A program made the position numbers and the translations under genes. The notes below the pieces were generated by a model. That model ran no database searches and was not told the DNA's origin. It saw nothing but the letters and a program-made list of their open reading frames with translations. 64,000 bases of DNA from Alkalispirochaeta sp. (lineage in GTDB: Bacteria; Spirochaetota; Spirochaetia; DSM-27196; Alkalispirochaetaceae): positions 4,672,001-4,736,000 of the forward strand of contig OZ271854.1 in NCBI GenBank assembly GCA_965601925.1. The letters are read 5' to 3'. Numbering within the stretch: position 1 is the stretch's first letter; each line of letters opens with the position of its first letter. Positions 58,027 through 64,000 of this stretch are shown piece by piece.

Positions 58027-58704
58027 TCAGCTCTTTCTGTCGGGAAGGAGCTTGCTCAACAGCCCGGCAAATCCGCGTAGATTGCGCGATTGGATCCAGA
58101 TACGTCCCGGCCCCTGGAACTCCGCGACGAGTCCTTCGCCGGACGTTACCGTACTGAACAACCCTTTGCTCGCCGTTTTCAAACGGTAGGTCACCGACTC
58201 CTCAAAGGCGAGCATGTGACCGGTGTCGACGATATAGGTCTCGCCCGAACCGAGATCGCGCGTAAAAATCGCTCCGTAGCACGAAAGAAAGAGCGGTCCC
58301 GTTCCGGATACGGTCTGGAGAAAGAGCCCCTCGCCGGAGAACATCGCCTTGAGCGAGCCCTTGGTACCGAGCTCCAACTCGGAAGCGCCGGCCAGATATG
58401 CACCGCTTTGCGCGTAGACCGTCTGATTCTGGAGCGCGAACTCCACAACATCCCCCGGCACGGCCGGTGCGAGGACGACTTCACCGGGACCTCCGGCGGC
58501 GGTAAACTGACTTGCGAAGATCCCCTCGCCTCCGACCGCCGCACGCAAGATTCCTCCGAGCCCCTTGCCCTGCGTCTTGGCCTCCAACTCGACGGTCGGG
58601 CTCATCGAGACCATTGAACCCGCCTCGGCACGGAAGTGCTCCCCTTGATTCAAGGCCACGGTGAGCGTTGTGAACATCGGTCTGTTGTCAATCGTCGTTT
58701 GCAT
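58027..58704 (-). CDS. AIM24/TIGR00266 family protein
   Basis: 'AEAGSMVSMS', 'GEGIF/GEGLF/GEGLV' repeats, 'GPGRIWIQSRN'. Confidence 0.88.
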   Translation of the reverse strand: MQTTIDNRPMFTTLTVALNQGEHFRAEAGSMVSMSPTVELEAKTQGKGLGGILRAAVGGEGIFASQFTAAGGPGEVVLAPAVPGDVVEFALQNQTVYAQSGAYLAGASELELGTKGSLKAMFSGEGLFLQTVSGTGPLFLSCYGAIFTRDLGSGETYIVDTGHMLAFEESVTYRLKTASKGLFSTVTSGEGLVAEFQGPGRIWIQSRNLRGFAGLLSKLLPDRKS

Positions 58705-58782
58705 ATCGGTTCCTCCTCATTGTCCAAGTGTATACGATTCATGACCGCCGGTGCATTCTGCGAAACGGGCGATAGCCGACCG

Positions 58783-60105
58783 TTATGTTAATCCCAAAAC
58801 GCGCAAAAGAATCTGTACCGCGCCGATTGCGGCCCCAAGCAGTGCACCGAAGAGATTGATCCACGTGAGATGACGTTTGACGATGATGAGAATCAACGCT
58901 TCGACGCGTTCGATATCCAACTCGTTGATGCGGTTCACCACCACGCGGTAGACATCAAGCTGCTCGACGAAGGCGCTCGCGGCCGTCGCCAGTACGCTAC
59001 GCACCCTCTGGGCGCCCCACCGGCCGATCGACGCCCTGCGGCTCTTAAGCTCCGGGAAGAGGTCCGCCAACGGCACGGCGGCGTTGCGGTCGAGAGAACT
59101 CCTCACGGTATCGAAGCCGCGGCGGACCAACCGACGACACTCCTCGCCGTCGCCGCGAGCGCGTAGGAACGACCGCAACGCCCCCTCGACCGCTTCCCGA
59201 TTCGATATGACGCCGGCGATCAACTCGCGCAGCCGGGCCGAACCGTCGGCCCCCACGAGCTCCGCAAGCGTTCGCTCTCGTCTTACGTCGATCCAGCTGA
59301 ACACCGCATCCGCGATGCGAGATTGCATCGCCGGTTCGTCGAGGGTGAGAGATATCTCATCGGTAATCCGCGCGACGATCGCCGGTATTCGCGCCTCCAA
59401 CTGACGATCGTACTGCGCAGCGGAGACGAACAATCGCTGTAACGAGGAAAGCTGATCGAGTGAGTATGTGAGAACGCGCCGAGCCCGAAAATGAAGCTCT
59501 CCTTGAACGGTCGATGAACGCAGCACCTTCTCCGCTTCGCCACGAAGGTGGGGCCATGCGATCTCGAAGAGGGTATCCACACGGCCTTTGTCGACCGCGT
59601 GTAGTATCCTACGCTCCTGAACGGCGCCGACGAGCCACTGCGCGATATCGCGGGCGTTCTCGATCAGCACATCGCCGATAATCGATGATAACGGGAAATC
59701 GTCGGCATCACCCTCGCAGAAACGCCGTTCCATATACGATTGTGCAGCACGTAACGCCTCATCGATAAGCGCGCGTGATCTGAGCTCCTCCACCCGTATC
59801 GTACCGAGCCGATCGACGAAGGAGACGATCGCGCGGGCGAGGGTTCGTCCGAACTCACCGCTTTCGAAACGCTGAGAAAAGACCTCGGACGTAAGAAGCT
59901 CCGTGGATACCATACGACCGATGCGCTCGGCGAGTTCTTCCCGTTGCCTTGGAATGACGCCGGGTGTGAATGGAACGCGCACACCGAAAACACGCCACGG
60001 CCTCAGGGGGCGAAACAACATTCGTATGGCGAGCGCGTTTGTCAGATATCCTATGACCGCACCGAGCAGGGGCGGCAGTATCCACGGCAGGACAAGAGAC
60101 GGCAC
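58783..60105 (-). CDS. DUF445 family membrane protein
   Basis: 'GAVIGYLTNALAIRMLFRP..GVIPRQR', C-terminal 'LTWINLFGALLGAAIG'. Confidence 0.88.
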   Translation of the reverse strand: MPSLVLPWILPPLLGAVIGYLTNALAIRMLFRPLRPWRVFGVRVPFTPGVIPRQREELAERIGRMVSTELLTSEVFSQRFESGEFGRTLARAIVSFVDRLGTIRVEELRSRALIDEALRAAQSYMERRFCEGDADDFPLSSIIGDVLIENARDIAQWLVGAVQERRILHAVDKGRVDTLFEIAWPHLRGEAEKVLRSSTVQGELHFRARRVLTYSLDQLSSLQRLFVSAAQYDRQLEARIPAIVARITDEISLTLDEPAMQSRIADAVFSWIDVRRERTLAELVGADGSARLRELIAGVISNREAVEGALRSFLRARGDGEECRRLVRRGFDTVRSSLDRNAAVPLADLFPELKSRRASIGRWGAQRVRSVLATAASAFVEQLDVYRVVVNRINELDIERVEALILIIVKRHLTWINLFGALLGAAIGAVQILLRVLGLT

Positions 60106-60123
60106 AGAACGACCCGGCCGGCG

Positions 60124-60503
60124 TTACCGCGTTCGAGCGTGTCGAGCGTTGAGCGCCTGCTCGCGGCTTGAGAAGAGCACGAGGTCTTCCATGACGATCC
60201 ATCCCCGCATGTCGGGCGCATCGACTTCGACCCAACGAAGATTCGCGGTACGCCCCACCACCCGCAACACATCGCCTCTCCGGCCATGGGAGAGTATTAC
60301 GGCGTCCCGATCGGGACGGTCGAACAGACGCGTATACTCGGCCTCGACAAGGGCGTAACTCCCGCGCCCCGACAGCACCGGTGTCTCGGGCAACGTTAAC
60401 GATGGGGTTCGATCGCTACACGCACCGAGAAAGGCAACCGCACCCAAGACGATGCACAATCCGACGATTCGTCGCCTACGGTATACAGAGACGTTGTCGA
60501 GCA

Positions 60504-60507
<4 letters not shown>
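60124..60507 (-). CDS. Small lipoprotein with SH3b-like domain
   Basis: Lipobox 'LGAC'; 'GDVLRVVGR..WVEV..RGWI'. Confidence 0.7.
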
Positions 60508-62486
<1,979 letters not shown>

Positions 62487-62489
62487 ACC

Positions 62490-63686
62490 TTAGTCCCATT
62501 GGAAACGTGTCGGACGCTCGCTGAGTACGATTTCGGCTTCCAAACGCCGACGTCCCCGGATGTACTCGATGGAGACCGTCTCCCCGGGACGATTGTCTTC
62601 GAGCGCCTCGTACAGGTTCGCGATCGACGAGACCGCCATCCCGTCGACAGCCGTAATGATGTCGCCCCCGAGGTAAATCACCGTGCGTCCGTAGCGCACT
62701 GCGTCGTCACGATCGCCGCCGCGCAAACCGACCTCCGCCGCATTTCCTCCCGGAACGACTTCACTGATCAATAGCCCCTCTTCCACCGGCATGCGCGCGT
62801 ATTGGACGAGACGGGGAAAGAGCTGCCGCGGTATCACGTCGATCCAGCCGCGCTGTACGACACCGAACTCGATCAGATCGGGTATCACTCGTCGCGCGGT
62901 ATTCACCGGAACGGCGAATCCGATCCCGACCGAACCGCCGCTGGGCGAAAAGATCATCGTGTTAATTCCGATCATCTCGCCTTGGGAGTTGAGTAGCGGG
63001 CCCCCGGAGTTCCCGGGATTGATCGACGCGTCGGTCTGGATCATATCCCGAATGACCAGATCGTTGCGCGCCCGGATCGGTCGTCCCAGACCGCTCACGA
63101 TACCGATGGTAAGTGTGCGATCGAGTCCGAACGGGTTGCCGATCGCCATGACCCGTTGGCCGATCCTCAACGATTCGGACTCTCCCATGGGAACCGTCTC
63201 GAGTCGTCGCCCTTCGGGATCAAACCGAACAACGGCCAGATCGTTCTCCGCGTCCTGACCGACGACCTCACCGTCGAGACGCTCGCCGTCGGCGAGCGTC
63301 ACGTATACGCGGGCGGCACTCTCGACTACATGGTTGTTGGTCAGCACATATCCGCGCTCGTCAATGATAGAGCCCGATCCCGAAGTACCTTCGCGAGGAA
63401 TCGGCTCGAGAAACCAGTTGTACGCCACCGTTTCGGTATTGATGTTCACCACGGCGCGGTTACGCTCCTCGTAGATCCTGATCGTATCGCGCTCGTCGTC
63501 GGCAAGGGACACCGAACGGGGGATAAGCACATCCTCGTCGCCGTCGGTGTCGGACAACAGCTCGATGTCGTCTCCGTCGGCGGGCGAAGACTCTGCGGTA
63601 CGTTCCCACCGGCGACCGCCGAACCACCCTACCGCAACGGCAAGAAGGATAATCAATATGGGACGAATATGGCGAAACGAGTTCAT
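62490..63686 (-). CDS. htrA: HtrA/DegP-like serine protease with one PDZ domain
   Basis: 'LTNNHVV', 'DLAV', 'DASINPGNSGGPL'; start set at ATG 63686. Confidence 0.93.
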   Translation of the reverse strand: MNSFRHIRPILIILLAVAVGWFGGRRWERTAESSPADGDDIELLSDTDGDEDVLIPRSVSLADDERDTIRIYEERNRAVVNINTETVAYNWFLEPIPREGTSGSGSIIDERGYVLTNNHVVESAARVYVTLADGERLDGEVVGQDAENDLAVVRFDPEGRRLETVPMGESESLRIGQRVMAIGNPFGLDRTLTIGIVSGLGRPIRARNDLVIRDMIQTDASINPGNSGGPLLNSQGEMIGINTMIFSPSGGSVGIGFAVPVNTARRVIPDLIEFGVVQRGWIDVIPRQLFPRLVQYARMPVEEGLLISEVVPGGNAAEVGLRGGDRDDAVRYGRTVIYLGGDIITAVDGMAVSSIANLYEALEDNRPGETVSIEYIRGRRRLEAEIVLSERPTRFQWD

Positions 63687-63694
63687 GTACGTTG

Positions 63695-63724
63695 AGTATA
63701 CGGAGATGACCGTCGCACCGCCAA
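63695..63724 (-). promoter_or_regulatory. Promoter (probably leaderless) of htrA-uvrB
   Basis: TTGGCG-N18-TATACT-N8-ATG; no SD. Confidence 0.6.
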
Positions 63725-63735
63725 GAGATGGTACG

Positions 63736-64000
63736 TCACTCCGGGCCGATACTACGCAACGACGCGGCCTCCAGGATATCCCCCTCTCCGATCTGATCCC
63801 GATCATCCATATCGGCCAACGTACGCGCCACGCTTCTGACGCTCGATGCGGCGCGGTCCGATAGGCCGAGTTCCTTCATCCGCTCTCCCAGCAGGGATGT
63901 CAAATGACGCGTGAGGGGCAGCAACCGGTCGACCGCCTCCGGTGGAATCAGGCCGTTGCGTCGCCACGGTCGGCCCACAGTACGTCGCCGTTGCCGCTCG
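63736..64000 (-). CDS. C-terminus of a YifB/ComM Mg-chelatase-like ATPase (partial)
   Basis: 'GLSDRA..VRSVARTLADM..ILEAA.LR'. Confidence 0.75.
   Translation of the reverse strand, partial: ERQRRRTVGRPWRRNGLIPPEAVDRLLPLTRHLTSLLGERMKELGLSDRAASSVRSVARTLADMDDRDQIGEGDILEAASLRSIGPE

Overview
GC-rich chromosomal segment, most likely from a free-living spirochaete (Spirochaetia). This is inferred from the rpoS-like/groES and murG-cvpA-holB-hk2-rrp2 gene orders and from binding proteins with 'FAGGQ'-type N-termini. I found no mobile element, prophage or CRISPR array. The left half is accessory and metabolic: MATE, OmpA protein, a LacI-controlled sugar ABC cluster with a FAD oxidoreductase and DUF4127, an orphan LivJ-like protein with a sensor kinase and receiver, a K+ channel, a GntR-fba-cbbY-dhaL-dhaK operon, rbsDACBK, ddl with a divergent MocR regulator, and an M23/DinB/cysH operon. 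The right half is core: tRNA-Phe, ppdK, rpoS-like sigma, groES, dinG, asd-lysC, the rrp2/hk2 cluster, pstSCAB-phoU-phoB-phoR, uvrB and htrA. Four observations stand out. (1) A sigma54 -24/-12 promoter with candidate enhancer and IHF-like sites lies in front of the rpoS-like gene, with Hk2/Rrp2 homologues in the same window. (2) A DhaKL-aldolase-CbbY operon may form an unrecognised C2/C3 assimilation route via xylulose-1,5-bisphosphate. (3) The DUF4127/FAD-oxidoreductase sugar cluster has no recognisable glycosidase. (4) Many promoters appear to be leaderless. All calls were made by eye and no searches were run.
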